Shown piece by piece: positions 52,774 to 62,570 of a DNA stretch of 64,000 nucleotides. Each line of letters begins with the position of its first letter. Within the stretch, counting starts at the first letter, position 1. The stretch lies in contig CAWAKC010000003.1 in assembly GCA_963782525.1 (NCBI GenBank), positions 32,001 through 96,000 of the forward strand, read 5' to 3'. Under the pieces are notes generated by a model. The model was not told where the DNA came from. It saw only the letters and a list, made by a program, of their open reading frames with translations, and did not search any database. The stretch comes from Candidatus Bathyarchaeota archaeon. Its GTDB lineage: Archaea > Thermoproteota > Bathyarchaeia > Bathyarchaeales > Bathycorpusculaceae. The translations under genes and the position numbers were made by a program.

Positions 52774-52983
52774 GCGGCAGAAGTGGGAAATCGATTTTGA
52801 GATAATGGCAAAAAATGCTAAAAGTACGACCCCCTGCTCAATTTGCGGGGCGGAAAGTTGCATACAGAAAAACATGCCCAAACACCTCACTAAAATATGC
52901 ATAATTAGTGACTAAATGCTCGACTCAAAATACTCCCGTAACAAAACAGCAAACGCTCCTTTAAAAATAGCTTTCGGTTAAAG

Positions 52984-54213
52984 TTATTTTGCATTGTTCA
53001 TGGAAAAAGCTTTTTCTGCGACTGCCCTGCCCAGTTGTCGTGCCTTCTGACGATCATTATCTGCAGGGTTACCGTATATTGAAAGCGGTTCTCCCACCAT
53101 TTCAAATCCCAAGGTAGCCAGTTCGGAAGCTGTTTTCCTTGTTGCTTCTCCACTCCACCCAAAACTTCCGAATACCGCGGCACATCTGTTGGAAAATTTT
53201 TTTGTTCTGAGCAAGTTTATAAAATCTGTGACTTTGGGAAAGATCTCGTGTTCATATGTGGGTGTTCCAACAATCAGTGCGGGTGATTCAACAAGAGCTG
53301 TTAAGGCGTCAACAGAATGGACTTCTGATAGATTGAAGCTGCTCATTGCACCTCCAGCTTCTGCGATACCATCGGCTATGGCAGGTAGGCATTTGGCGGT
53401 CATCCCATACATAGAGCCGTAAACGACGACAACTTTTTTCTTGTAAGTGCCCTTGCTCCAAGCGGCCCATTGGCTTAATGTTTCTTTTACGCTTTGGTTG
53501 TAAACTGGACCGTGACTTGGCGCTAAGACATCGATTTGTAGATTCATTTTTTCGAATTTCTCGATTGCTTTTTGAACCCATTCTCTTTGTCCGTTAAAGA
53601 CCGAGGCAAAATATTTTTGAGAGCATTCACAAATGTTCTGTTTCTCCATATCGATATCGGATTCCATTATGGTTCCCTGTGGTAGTTTTTTGAATGCTCC
53701 AAAGGCGTCACAACAAAACAGAATCCTATCTTCTGGTAGGTGGGTGGTCATGGTTTCAGGCCAGTGAAGCCAGGGAGTTTGAATAAAATGCAACGTTTTG
53801 GTTCCCAAAGAAAGCGTCATATCGTCACCTTTAATAACGATTGCTTGTGGGTCGGTTGCGTAGAATTTTTTAAATATACTTTGAGCGATTGGGGTATAGA
53901 CTATTTTGATGTTGGGTGCTTTTTGCAGCAAAGCTGGAATTGCACTAGTATGGTCGGGTTCCATATGATTGATGATTAAGTAGTCTATTTTAGAGATGTC
54001 AATTATTTGGCTGATTTTTTCGAAGTGCTCTTGGGCTTTTTTTTCGTGAACGCTATCTATGAGAGCGGTTTTCTCTGAGCCTTTAACTAGGTATGAGTTG
54101 TATGAAACTCCTTCTGGTATACTCCAGAGTCCCTCGAATAGTGGGGTTTCGGTATCGTTGACTCCCACCCAGAAGATGCCTGAGGATAATTGGAGAGGTT
54201 GATTATTGTACAT
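52984..54213 (-). CDS. fprA: FprA-type flavodiiron protein (O2/NO reductase)
   Basis: GVSYNSYL, NHMEPDH, HWPE, DAFG, PSHG, and flavodoxin YGSMYG.T, FGSFGWSGEA. Confidence 0.92.
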   Translation of the reverse strand: MYNNQPLQLSSGIFWVGVNDTETPLFEGLWSIPEGVSYNSYLVKGSEKTALIDSVHEKKAQEHFEKISQIIDISKIDYLIINHMEPDHTSAIPALLQKAPNIKIVYTPIAQSIFKKFYATDPQAIVIKGDDMTLSLGTKTLHFIQTPWLHWPETMTTHLPEDRILFCCDAFGAFKKLPQGTIMESDIDMEKQNICECSQKYFASVFNGQREWVQKAIEKFEKMNLQIDVLAPSHGPVYNQSVKETLSQWAAWSKGTYKKKVVVVYGSMYGMTAKCLPAIADGIAEAGGAMSSFNLSEVHSVDALTALVESPALIVGTPTYEHEIFPKVTDFINLLRTKKFSNRCAAVFGSFGWSGEATRKTASELATLGFEMVGEPLSIYGNPADNDRQKARQLGRAVAEKAFSMNNAK

Positions 54214-54382
54214 AGAATTACCTTCAATAATAAATCATGCTAAAGCATACTTGGCATTTAACTTTTATGTTAAGATGGATCTTTAAGTTAGATTTGTTTT
54301 AATAAAAAAGGTTGTCAGCTAACTTGAGTTAGTTAGCTTAATGTTATTTGAATCAATGTGGTCTTCTTTTGAGATTGGATTG

Positions 54383-54802
54383 TTAGATGAACATTGAAAC
54401 GTCTGCGCCGGCAGCAATGTCAAGGAAGGTTGCAGCGCCAACCATGCTGTCAACTTCAGGAACAAGGTCTTCTCTTTTGATTCCAAACATTTCCATCGTT
54501 GGTGTGCATGCGTAGATTGTACATTTGCCGGATTGCTTTATGCGTTTGAGCATATCGTATGGCGAAGGATATTTCATGCGTTCTAGATTCTTTCGCATGG
54601 TTTCTTCTAGATGTTTGTAGTCTCCAGGCAGCACTGCTTTTTCCATAGCGCCTTTTGCTAGACTTTGTAGCCCCCAAAATGTAAAGTATAAGTGTGCTTC
54701 CCAGCCCATGGCTACAGATGTGGATGCCAAAATGAAAGCGCAGTAGAGTTTGTCGATTGTTCCGCTTTGAACGACTAATGCTAATTTTTTGGTTTGACTC
54801 AT
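54383..54802 (-). CDS. DsrE/DsrF/DrsH-like (DsrE2-type) sulfur-relay protein
   Basis: LYFTFWGL, YACTPTM..FG, VGAATFL. Start ATG 54802 after GGTGA. Confidence 0.85.
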   Translation of the reverse strand: MSQTKKLALVVQSGTIDKLYCAFILASTSVAMGWEAHLYFTFWGLQSLAKGAMEKAVLPGDYKHLEETMRKNLERMKYPSPYDMLKRIKQSGKCTIYACTPTMEMFGIKREDLVPEVDSMVGAATFLDIAAGADVSMFI

Positions 54803-54954
54803 TTTTTTATCACCTTCTTTTCCTGTGGTGCACAATTTTGGCAGCAAAAACTAACTTTTTTTCCGTCTACTTCGGTGGTGTAAGCCGCAAGTTGGCAAGG
54901 TTCTTCCGAGATTTCAGCGTCGCAACATTTGCATTTGGTAGTTTCTTTTTTCAT
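54799..54954 (-). CDS. 51-aa Cys-rich TRASH/YHS-like metal-binding protein
   Basis: CKCC...PC...VDGKKVSFCCQNC; overlaps both neighbours. Confidence 0.65.
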   Translation of the reverse strand: MKKETTKCKCCDAEISEEPCQLAAYTTEVDGKKVSFCCQNCAPQEKKVIKK

Positions 54955-55336
54955 TATTTCACCTCTTTGCTTTTCTGTTTTTTTTGGTAGTCTTCGATGG
55001 CGGCGTGGAGTGCATCGGCTGCTAAGTTTGAGCAGTGCATTTTTACTGGGGGAGGCCTCCAAGTGAGTCGGCTACGCTTGCGCGAGAAATTTTCATGGCT
55101 TCATCGATTGTTTTTCCTTTTGCAAGTTCTGTTGTCATGCTGCTTGTTGCAATGGCTGCTCCGCAGCCGTAGGTTTTGAATTTAACGTCTTCAATGCGGT
55201 TGTCTTTAACTTTTATGTACATCGTCATTAGGTCTCCGCAGGTGGGGTTTCCAACTGAACCCACTCCGTCGGCATCTGGGATTTCTCCCATGTTTTGAGG
55301 TTTCTTAAAATGTTGCATCACTTTTTCAGAATACAT
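54954..55336 (-). CDS. iscU: Fe-S scaffold IscU/NifU with an apparent 1-nt frameshift
   Basis: GNPTCGD and YGCGAAIA. LPPVKMHCSNLAADAL is recovered by adding one base in the G5 run at 55048-55052. Confidence 0.85.
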
Positions 55337-55337
55337 A

Positions 55338-56525
55338 CTATTTCAGCTCCTTAGGAGTTAGAGGAGACATATCTCTTAGTCTCTTAACAATATCAGGCAT
55401 TATACTCGTTATTTTATCTACGTCTTCTTGAGTGTTTTCTTTTCCCAAAGTTGCCATCAAGGAACCATGTGCATCCTCAGGTTGTAAGCCTAAAGCAAGT
55501 AAAACATGTGATGGCTGAAGTGTTTTGGCGGCACAAGCTGATCCCGATGATGCAAAAACACCCATAATATCTAAGCTTAAAAGTATTGATTCACCTTCGA
55601 TGAAGCTGTATCTAACTGAAACGTTGTTGGGTAGCCTTTGGGTTGGATGCCCGTTTAAGTATGAATACGGTATTGGTTCGATGAGACCTTTAATCAGGTT
55701 GTTTCGCAACAAAGTTAGTCTTTGGCTTTCGTTTGCCATTTCATTTTTGGCGATTTCGGCAGCTTTAGCAAACCCAACTATGCCCGGTATGTTTTCGGTC
55801 CCAGAACGTAATCCTCGTTCTTGGCCGCCCCCTTGATTTACAGGTTCTATTGTGGTGCCGGGTTTGATGTAGAGTGCTCCTACGCCTTTTGGTCCATAGA
55901 TGTCGTTGCTTGACATTGTGAGCAGGTCAATATTTTCAGTTTGGACATCAATTGGGACTTGACCACAAGCTGTGGTAGCGTCAACGTGAAGAAAAGCTTT
56001 TTTTGCATGCACAATTTTGCTGATTTCTTTAATCGGTTCAATGGTTCCTATTTCGGGGTTTGCGTAAACTATTGAAACAAGGGTAGTTTGATCATTTAAC
56101 TCAGCTTCTAGCTTTTCTAAATCTAAAACCCCAAATTTGTCAACGGGCAGGAAAATGACTTGAAATCCATTTCGAATCATTAACTTACAAGGGTTGACAA
56201 CTGACATGTGCTCTACGCTTGATGTTATAATTTTGTTTCCGCGGCTTTTGTTTCGGCCTGCGGTGCCTCTAATGGCTAAATTGTTGCTTTCCGTGGCGCC
56301 TGAAGTGAAAACTATGGCTTCTGGGGTTTCTGCGTTGATTAATTTCGCGACAATTTCTCTGCTATTTTGCAATGTCTGTTTGGCTTCCTGCCCTAAAGTA
56401 TGCACTGAAGAAGGATTTCCAAATCGTGAATTAAAGAAGGGCAACATCGCATCAGTTACACGTGGGTCAACTGGTTTTCCGGCTGAATAATCCATGTAAA
56501 TTCTTTTTTGGCTATCGTTTTCCAA
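55338..56525 (-). CDS. iscS: IscS/NifS-like protein with Asp replacing the PLP Lys
   Basis: FGNPSS, TSGATESNN, EH, SSNDIYGPKG, RSGTEN, SSGSAC. Confidence 0.9.
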   Translation of the reverse strand: MENDSQKRIYMDYSAGKPVDPRVTDAMLPFFNSRFGNPSSVHTLGQEAKQTLQNSREIVAKLINAETPEAIVFTSGATESNNLAIRGTAGRNKSRGNKIITSSVEHMSVVNPCKLMIRNGFQVIFLPVDKFGVLDLEKLEAELNDQTTLVSIVYANPEIGTIEPIKEISKIVHAKKAFLHVDATTACGQVPIDVQTENIDLLTMSSNDIYGPKGVGALYIKPGTTIEPVNQGGGQERGLRSGTENIPGIVGFAKAAEIAKNEMANESQRLTLLRNNLIKGLIEPIPYSYLNGHPTQRLPNNVSVRYSFIEGESILLSLDIMGVFASSGSACAAKTLQPSHVLLALGLQPEDAHGSLMATLGKENTQEDVDKITSIMPDIVKRLRDMSPLTPKELK

Positions 56526-56545
56526 AATTTGGTCCCTTCGTTGGG

Positions 56546-56776
56546 CTATTTCAACTTTTTAATTATTATTCGAGTTACGCCTTCTTCTTGTTTGCTTTCC
56601 ATGACTTGGTCGCCTAAGTTTTTAGCTAGGTTTTCGATATCAGATTTTGCTGCCGGATCATCTGCAGTGACTTCCAGAGTTTCTCCAACTTTCATTTCGT
56701 CCAACTGCAATCTAGTGTTAAAGACCGGTTCGGGACAGAACAAACCTAAGCAATCTAGCGATTTATCAGCTTTTAT
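56546..56776 (-). CDS. tusA: TusA/SirA sulfur carrier
   Basis: LDCLGLFCPEP, LEVTADDP. Best start is an ATA at 56776 after GAGGT. Confidence 0.85.
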   Translation of the reverse strand: MKADKSLDCLGLFCPEPVFNTRLQLDEMKVGETLEVTADDPAAKSDIENLAKNLGDQVMESKQEEGVTRIIIKKLK

Positions 56777-57101
56777 AAAAATAACCTCACATAGATTGAG
56801 AAAAAAGGTAACAATAAATGTTTTGCAAAAAGTACCAAAATAATCTGCGTAAAAGCTTTACCAAAAAAGAATGATGGGTTAACTTGAGAATTTTTGGGCT
56901 GCACAACAACCATAGGCGCCCTAACAAAAGGCATACTATCAATACACTGCAGAGAAGAAAACTCACCGTAAATAGCTCAAGATACAAACCTTCCAAACTT
57001 CCTTGTCTGAGATTTGTCAAGGTTTCTTGAACAACAAAAGTTGTTGGGTTGGGGTTCTTGGAGTCCAAACGAAAAGACAGAAAAAATAGAGCAGATGCTC
57101 A

Positions 57102-57932
57102 CTACTTTGCTATAACCCAAACCTCATCTATCCAGTAAAATGGATAGTCATAGGTTGCGCCTCTGCACCAAAACTCTGTAGTTACGTTTTGATTTACTGG
57201 GAAGTTATGGGCTAGGCGGATCCACTTGTTTTGAGGCAACGGTAGAGCCCGAGGTTTCTTAATAACTCCGCCAACAGTTACTTTGATCGCATCGTCATTT
57301 GCGTTTCCATCGTGGTAGAGGTGATAAATTATGCGTGCTTTGGTTTTGGCTCCAGTGTTGAGTGTTTTGGTAAGGGTTCCAGGACCATAGTTGCTGCCAT
57401 AGGAAGTAAAAGACATCTGAACCGCGGCAGGTGAGGAATAGAAATGCGTGTTAACTATGGGATTTGCTCCGCCAAATCCTCCAACATATGCCCAGCCGCA
57501 GACATCATTTGTAAAATCAGCATGCTCCAAAACAGTCCAGGAAGGGTCACTGTGGTCAAAGTGGTGAACGATAACACTTAGGGTTTGGTTTGCGTAGGCT
57601 ACCGAATACCCTGCATCGGTGTAGGCATCGATTCTAAAACTCAGCGTCTCGTCATATTCTCCTGCAGTCAAAGTTGGCTTAGCCCGAACGGGTGTAAATA
57701 CAAAGAACCCGCTCGCCCCCGGCGCCAAGGATCCAAGGTTTGTATATTCCACTGAATAGTCTGCAGGAGCCGATGCGATAGAGGCTTTAAAGTAAAGTGT
57801 ACTCGACGGATGAGTGTTGGTTATCCCCAAGAGTATGTTTAAGGTAAAAGATGTTGGCAGGTCGCAGACGTCATTGTAAATATCGGGTTCGGCAACGTCG
57901 GCTTTGAAGCTAATTATAGGATTTGTAACCAT
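57102..57932 (-). CDS. Beta-rich hypothetical protein, possibly a virion structural remnant
   Basis: No signal peptide; Ig/lectin-like composition; close to the att-tRNA end. Confidence 0.45.
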   Translation of the reverse strand: MVTNPIISFKADVAEPDIYNDVCDLPTSFTLNILLGITNTHPSSTLYFKASIASAPADYSVEYTNLGSLAPGASGFFVFTPVRAKPTLTAGEYDETLSFRIDAYTDAGYSVAYANQTLSVIVHHFDHSDPSWTVLEHADFTNDVCGWAYVGGFGGANPIVNTHFYSSPAAVQMSFTSYGSNYGPGTLTKTLNTGAKTKARIIYHLYHDGNANDDAIKVTVGGVIKKPRALPLPQNKWIRLAHNFPVNQNVTTEFWCRGATYDYPFYWIDEVWVIAK

Positions 57933-58572
57933 TACTCAAAACCTTCTAGAGTTTTAAATCCAACTTTTCCCCAAGCGACAAGATCATCCTTGCACCGGAG
58001 CTTCAAGGACCCCTTCTTAGTACTGATCAAAAACAACCGCAACTTACTGTAGCTTAAACAAAATGGGCAAGTTGTACTATTGAAAGGATCAATGCCTTTT
58101 TCGGTAACAGTTGCAAACTTATGGGATAGCCTTTAACTTGATTTCTTGACTGTCAGTTTTAAAGAACACAGACTGCTGCAAATCATTCTCAGCTCTCTCC
58201 TGGTTATGCCAATGCTTTTTCTGCAGGCTTGACGTAACATGAATTTTACCGAAAATAGGAATGTTCATGGGTTTAGGCAACTCAAGAAACCTCCTTGGGA
58301 GATTCAACATTGCCCAAAGCACGCTGCGTAATTTCCTCTAACTCATGGAAATCAGCGTTATAGTGCAAGGCAAGTTTGACGAGAAAAAGACGCATCGTAT
58401 TTGCTGCGGCTTCTAGCTCGTTTTGATTCAATTAAGAAGTCTCCGCGTTATTTACTAAAAAAAGAAAAAGGGGGATAGGGCAAAAAGGCGAATTTGCTTT
58501 TGGAAATCCAAATAAAGACGCTTGCGGATTACCCATCGACCGAGACCTGAAACAGTCCCAGTCTAGTATCGG

Positions 58573-58678
58573 GCGGTCGTAGTCTAGTTTGGTCTAGGAC
58601 ATCAAGTCCACTAGTACTCTTTGGACGTGCAAGCCTGCCACGCTGACGACCCGGGTTCAAATCTCGGCGACCGCACCA
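58573..58678 (+). tRNA. tRNA-Gly(GCC) with a 28-nt non-canonical intron at 29/30 (58605-58632)
   Basis: Acceptor GCGGTCG/CGACCGC-ACCA. Spliced anticodon arm TCAGC-CTGCCAC-GCTGA. BHB formed by TAGG ACAT CA|A GTCCA ... TGGAC GTGC AA|G CCTG. Confidence 0.88.
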
Positions 58679-59866
58679 CAACCGCACCTATTAATAACAC
58701 TCAGAAAAACTAAACGCTCTACAGATTAGCTGCAAGAGTTTTTTCAAAATTGAAAGAATTCTCTATCTTCTGCGATTAGTCATAATTAAGACCGATTGTT
58801 TGCATGCTATTTGAGCTCATAAAACCATAGTTATCGCAGAAAGAAAAAAAAGTACATGTCACAGGAATGGAAGCGCCAACATTGCTTCACACAACACTCA
58901 CACATTTCAACATAGCATCCATGTTGACTGTGTGGTCAACCCCTCTTCCCACACTCAAATCGCAAGAGGAAAACGACCCAAAACAAAAACGGGATCTCTT
59001 GCCAAAGCATCCCCTACAGTGTGCAATTTTTAGCGCCCACACCCACACACAAAAAGAGAAATACTTGGGTGTGTAACTCGGTAAGCGCACCATAGCCCAT
59101 CCTAAAACCCGTTTTGATGTTTCCTATGCATCAAAATCTAGTCTAAGAAGTCTGTGTTGGCATTTAGAATCTTTGCAGCCGTACAGGAGTAGGTTGGGGT
59201 TGTTGTGGTTGGTTGTTAAGACTTCGGTTTTTGATTTGCAGTTTTCGCAGCGTTCTGCTCTGACTTGATCGTTTGCCACATGCCCTTTGACTAACAGTAT
59301 GCTCCACGATTTTTCTTTAAAAGAATTAAACAATGACCAAGAGCCTTCTAGAAAATAGTGGGATTGCAATCCCAGCTTTCCCAATATAAAAGTACTGTGG
59401 GTCCTTAAATTTGTTTGTGATTGTAAACAAACTACAACTTCAATGCGGTCAATCGATGCAGCAACTTATCGATTGTTGTTTTAAATATTAAAATGCAAAT
59501 ATGCTTTTTGTATGCGGCAGTTCAATTTTAAACCTGCGTAAAATTGGTCCCGTCTCCAAAAGTTTCAACGCGTCTCATGATATCGGTTATACTGCCCAGT
59601 TTGTAACGGTGCATTAATCTATATTAACATGTCATCTCTCGTAGTGACACATAAAAATTCCTATACAGGTACTTCTTTTTCTTTACTTAAAAGAAACTGC
59701 CTGGCCAGGTGCAGACAAAAATTTCCAGAGCAACCTCAATATCATGCATAGTATGGCGCGATTTTGTTTTTGGGTATTAATTTCTGATTCATAGGTTGCT
59801 TTCATAAGTGAGTTATATGCCTTCAACCATTTTGGATGGTCAATATGATTGGGAGGATATGTGTGT

Positions 59867-60046
59867 ATGAAACAAATTGCGGAAAAAGAAAGAAAAGAAA
59901 TTGAAGCCAAGTTAGCGAATGTTTTCGATGAAGAAATCAACGGTTTGTCAACCGAATTGCGTGAAATACTGCTAGATGACATGGTAACAGCATTCGAAAA
60001 TAGATTAAATGTGTTAAACAACGCCATCCGAAAAACCCCTAATTGA
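59867..60046 (+). CDS. Small helical hypothetical protein
   Basis: GGAGG upstream; amphipathic helices. Confidence 0.55.
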   Translation: MKQIAEKERKEIEAKLANVFDEEINGLSTELREILLDDMVTAFENRLNVLNNAIRKTPN

Positions 60047-60132
60047 CAGCTGCTATGGACAAAAACACTGATTACTAATACATAAATGATTTATAACCAA
60101 ACGGAGCATTAAACAAAAAAAGAGGAATATAA

Positions 60133-60426
60133 TTGCGTCGATCAAAACTCGAAATGTACATTGACATCCTGACGGTCTTGGCTCATAAAGGACCATTAAA
60201 GTTAACGCATGTCATGTATAAGGCAAACGTTAACTGCAGCGTTCTCAAAGAATACTTAGAGTTCCTCATGAAGCAAGGTTTAGTTGAAGAACGCATCGTG
60301 GGTAAAGCTCGAACAGTTTTCGCAGTGACACCACGCGGGATAACAGTTTTAAAGTACTTCAAGGAACTGAAGCAAGTTTTACCCATAGTAGAGGAAGCAA
60401 GGAACCAAACTCCCATTCCCTACTAA
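60133..60426 (+). CDS. ArnR1-like winged-helix regulator
   Basis: MRRSKLEMYIDIL, THVMYKANVN, FAVTPRG. Confidence 0.85.
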   Translation: MRRSKLEMYIDILTVLAHKGPLKLTHVMYKANVNCSVLKEYLEFLMKQGLVEERIVGKARTVFAVTPRGITVLKYFKELKQVLPIVEEARNQTPIPY

Positions 60427-60602
60427 AATCTCCAGTTTTAGAACTTTAATCGTTTAATTTTAGTTTTATCTTTTTTAGCGCCATGTTTGTTTTTGTTTTA
60501 CTTATTTCAAATAAGTACTGCAGTGTCGCAAGACATAATAAATAGCATAGACTTATTCTATCAAATTGTAAATATGAAAAACATACAACTCGGGGAAGAC
60601 TA

Positions 60603-60995
60603 ATGATAAGAAACGATTTATCAAGTAAAAAACCGCTAAACATTCTAGAAAAAATTGAAGAAAGCCTCGAGAAACTAAATGATAAGATCGAAGTCATGAT
60701 TGTGCTTCAAAAGAACGGAAACGCAAACGACAATAACCCTAAAGCGCTCTTACCCTTACCCGATGCTTCTCTTGACGTTATGACTTTGTTATCCATGCCT
60801 GATCACTTACGCAAGACAGCCATGACGATCTGTAGGTGCAGCCGAGCTACAGCTGAAGAAATTGCAGATCAAACCAAACGGGCCCGAGCCGTGGAAAGTG
60901 CATACCTTAACCAACTTGTAATTATGGGTTACTTAAAGAAGGAACGAAAAGGTAGGAAAGCCTACTTCTTCATAGACAAAGAAGTACAGAGTTGA
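60603..60995 (+). CDS. Coiled-coil plus winged-helix regulator
   Basis: ATAEEIA..TKRARAVESAYLNQLVIMGYL.KERKGRKAYF. Confidence 0.75.
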   Translation: MIRNDLSSKKPLNILEKIEESLEKLNDKIEVMIVLQKNGNANDNNPKALLPLPDASLDVMTLLSMPDHLRKTAMTICRCSRATAEEIADQTKRARAVESAYLNQLVIMGYLKKERKGRKAYFFIDKEVQS

Positions 60996-61000
60996 ATGCC

Positions 61001-61780
61001 ATGAGCAAAATAATTGCAGTACATTCATACAAAGGCGGTACAGGAAAAACCCTTTTCTCAGTTAATCTAGCGGCAACATTCGCCAAAGCTGGAAAAAAAG
61101 TATGCGTATTCGACCTCGACTTTCGCGCCCCAAGCTTATTTGCCATCCTTAAAACTCCAAACGCAGATTTCTGGCTCAACGACTACCTAAACAACACCTG
61201 TGAAATCAACAAGACCCTCATAAACTTAAGCAGCCGAATCCCTGGAGACGGAAAATTCTACGCATGCCTTGCCAACCCCTCAACGGAAGCTATCCGCGAC
61301 ATGTCATCAAAAGACCGCAAATGGGAAATGCGTGCTTTAGGTCGATTGTTGGCCCTGCGGGAAACTTTGATTAAAGACCAAAAATTCGACTATCTCTTCT
61401 TCGACACAAGCCCAGGACTCCAATACTCATCCATCAACGCCATCGTGGCTGCGGATTTCGTGGTTGTGGCAACAACTGGCGACCGGTCAGACGTAGACGG
61501 AACAAAACGTATGCTAATTGAACTCTACAACCTTTTCGAAAAGAAGACAGGTTTGGTTCTAAACAAAGTGCTCGATCCTTCAATAACAGCAAAGAAAGCT
61601 GAAATGCAGGCCAAAATCAAAACTGAGTACCAAGTGCCGATGCTAGGTATGGTGCCGTGTTTCTGTGAAATCTTGCGAGCGGAAGGAAACCTGATTTTCG
61701 TGCAGGATAAACCTGACCATCCTTTCACTAAGATACTTGCTGAGATGTCTAAGAAAATAGAAAACAACGAAGTAGAATAA
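61001..61780 (+). CDS. MinD/ParA family ATPase
   Basis: KGGTGKT, DLDFRAPSL, DTSPG, VLNKV. Confidence 0.88.
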   Translation: MSKIIAVHSYKGGTGKTLFSVNLAATFAKAGKKVCVFDLDFRAPSLFAILKTPNADFWLNDYLNNTCEINKTLINLSSRIPGDGKFYACLANPSTEAIRDMSSKDRKWEMRALGRLLALRETLIKDQKFDYLFFDTSPGLQYSSINAIVAADFVVVATTGDRSDVDGTKRMLIELYNLFEKKTGLVLNKVLDPSITAKKAEMQAKIKTEYQVPMLGMVPCFCEILRAEGNLIFVQDKPDHPFTKILAEMSKKIENNEVE

Positions 61781-61857
61781 CCACCTTCTTTTTCTTTAAC
61801 AAAAAAGCTTAAACAATACTGCGCATGCTAGAATTTCCTGATTGGAGATGTGTTTGT

Positions 61858-62514
61858 TTGGATAGGTCAGCTGTTATCTTGGCTAGTGATTCATCCGCGA
61901 AGTTCAGCGGTGATAAGGGACTTTTGGATTTACATGGAAAACCCTTAATCAACCATGTGATTGATGCTGTGAAAGGTCTTGTCGATGAAATCATCGTTGT
62001 TACTGGTTCGCAGCAATGCGCTGACCTGTATGAAAAAGTGGTTTCTTCAGATGTCAAGTTTGTAGTTGACGATTACGAATCCAAGGGACTTTTAGCCGGA
62101 GTTATTGCAGGTTTTGAAGCGTCCCAAAGCGAATACTCAGCGCTTTTGCCCTTTGACAGTCCCTTTGTTTCCCAAGAAGTTATGTCATTGCTCTTTGACT
62201 GCGCCATTGGAAAAGCCGCAGTTATTCCAAGGTCAACCGACATGGTATGTGAACCCCTACACGCTGTTTACCATACCAAACAAGCGTTGCAAGCAGCTAA
62301 AGAGGCGTTGGCTAATAACGAAGTTGACCTGCAACCGATGGTGGATAAACTGCGGGGCGTACGTTACATGTCTATAATGGTGATTGAGCAGTTGGATCCG
62401 GACTTGAAAACGTTCTTCAGAGTAAAAACTACCTTTGATTTGAAAAAAGCAGAAGTCATGGGTAAGACAAGGAAAACTTATAAAACAAAAGGTAACGTCA
62501 AACAAAAAAGGTAA
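61858..62514 (+). CDS. mobA: MobA-like molybdenum cofactor guanylyltransferase
   Basis: AVILA...DKG, GLLAG, PFDSPF, EPLHAVY. The GGxSxR loop is divergent (SDSSAK). Confidence 0.75.
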   Translation: MDRSAVILASDSSAKFSGDKGLLDLHGKPLINHVIDAVKGLVDEIIVVTGSQQCADLYEKVVSSDVKFVVDDYESKGLLAGVIAGFEASQSEYSALLPFDSPFVSQEVMSLLFDCAIGKAAVIPRSTDMVCEPLHAVYHTKQALQAAKEALANNEVDLQPMVDKLRGVRYMSIMVIEQLDPDLKTFFRVKTTFDLKKAEVMGKTRKTYKTKGNVKQKR

Positions 62515-62570
62515 AAACATTTTTTTAAGCATTGAAATTTAAATAACTTTTTCTTTTTCGTTTCTGAATG

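Larger units (their letters stand above)
24447..58597. mobile_element. Decayed composite genomic island / proviral region integrated at the 5' end of tRNA-Gly(GCC)
   Basis: Direct repeats of the tRNA 5' end at 24447, 34956 and 58573; integrase, terminase and ligase remnants; IS and TA modules. The left boundary may extend further. Confidence 0.65.
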
